Source: an uncultured Gammaproteobacteria bacterium (lineage in GTDB: Bacteria; Patescibacteriota; Patescibacteriia; UBA2591; UBA6264). From it: a stretch of 20,389 nucleotides of DNA. The position numbers were made by a program, and so were the translations under genes. The first letter of the stretch is position 1. Every line of letters starts with the position of its first letter. This document shows, in pieces, positions 20,012-20,389 of the stretch. The notes below the pieces were generated by a model. That model was not told where the DNA came from and made no database searches. It worked only from the letters and a program-made list of their open reading frames with translations. Location: NCBI GenBank assembly GCA_964507075.1, contig CAZDOL010000008.1, forward strand, positions 9,886 to 30,274. Reading direction: 5' to 3'.

Positions 20012-20389
20012 CTACCAAAAAATAAATATTCTCACGATTTTCCAGCAAAAACCAAAAATGGGATTAACAATATACTTTATTAAGGGATGTTCAAATCCAG
20101 CAAAATCAAATTTTGTATCTATTTGTTTTATGAACTCTCTGTCGCTAATTTGACGTGTCTTTTGAATCTTATGTCTTTTTTTTAAGATTTTAGGAACCTT
20201 AGACAAAGAAGCAAAAAAACTCTTAATTTTAGTTCCAAACCAACCATCCATTAAACTATAAGCCAAAATGCCTAATTCCATCAAAATCCAGAATGGGAAA
20301 ATTAAAATTAAGGTTGGTAGTTTATAAAACTTTAATAAAGTGAGGGGACGATTTCTTTCGCTCCAAAACCAACGATTTTTAGAAATAGC
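20012..20389 (-). CDS. C-terminal part of a glycosyltransferase-like (GT2-type tail) protein, 5' end beyond the window
   Basis: The track ORF starts on TTG at 20284, but the frame stays open to base 20389 (…AISKNRWFWSERNRPLTLLKFYKLPTLILIFPFWILMELGILAYSLMDGW…). This hydrophobic tail plus a KILKKRHKIQKTRQISDRE segment resembles the C-termini of family-2 glycosyltransferases. The family assignment is tentative. Confidence 0.55.
   Translation of the reverse strand, partial: AISKNRWFWSERNRPLTLLKFYKLPTLILIFPFWILMELGILAYSLMDGWFGTKIKSFFASLSKVPKILKKRHKIQKTRQISDREFIKQIDTKFDFAGFEHPLIKYIVNPIFGFCWKIVRIFIFW

Noticed and set aside
1-20389. Alternative genetic code (UGA recoding, as in some CPR lineages).
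   Set aside because: All family-recognisable genes are full-length under the standard bacterial code. TGA serves as a genuine stop at 1827-1829, 13134-13136 and 19171-19173.
1-20389. tRNA or rRNA genes, CRISPR arrays, IS elements, integrases, or toxin-antitoxin and defence-system genes.
   Set aside because: No cloverleaf-compatible segments or T-arm GTTCGA-type motifs were found in the intergenic DNA. There are no long terminal inverted repeats and no transposase- or integrase-like ORFs. RmuC is the only nuclease-family gene, and it sits in an ordinary housekeeping context.

Overview
This is an AT-rich, tightly packed bacterial window with 22 CDS, 20 of them on the minus strand. Several genes overlap at their start and stop codons, and I see essentially no Shine-Dalgarno sequences by eye. 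That pattern fits a small-genome Patescibacteria/CPR-like organism, but this is inference only. No tRNA, rRNA, CRISPR array, transposase or integrase was seen.

Gene content, left to right:
- trpS, 5'-truncated at the window edge (+)
- a divergent murI-like racemase (-)
- a Trm9-like SAM methyltransferase (-), placed head-to-head with a bacterial Elp3 radical-SAM/GNAT enzyme (+)
- a short dcw block, mraZ-rsmH-ftsL-ftsI-(219 bp gap)-murF (-)
- a small Cys-rich protein, short-form acetate kinase, an amino-acid permease and rmuC
- an envelope module: GT4 glycosyltransferase, a 782-aa polytopic membrane protein, a 201-aa protein and a 62-aa protein
- two small orphan ORFs, ddl, a membrane-anchored hypothetical protein, and the 3' part of a GT2-like gene that runs off the right edge

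Most interesting observations:
1. The Elp3 + Trm9-like divergent pair looks like a eukaryote/archaea-style (m)cm5U34 tRNA wobble-modification module in a bacterium.
2. A patchy ~100-bp intergenic element (promoter-like -35/-10, GACGCGG, GGGACAGTCCCC hairpin) occurs upstream of elp3 and again, antisense, inside the ftsI-murF gap. A partial third hairpin lies upstream of ddl.
3. A CCCCC...ACCTAT(G/A)CATAGGT...GGGGG hairpin element occurs once as an intrinsic terminator ahead of the mraZ promoter and once embedded in-frame inside elp3.
4. The mraZ control region combines a near-consensus promoter, three GTGG repeats at exact 10-bp phasing (MraZ-operator-like) and three perfect TTATCCACA DnaA boxes.
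5. The murI-like protein has substitutions at both canonical catalytic-Cys positions.

All functional calls rest on motif recognition by eye. No database search was possible.
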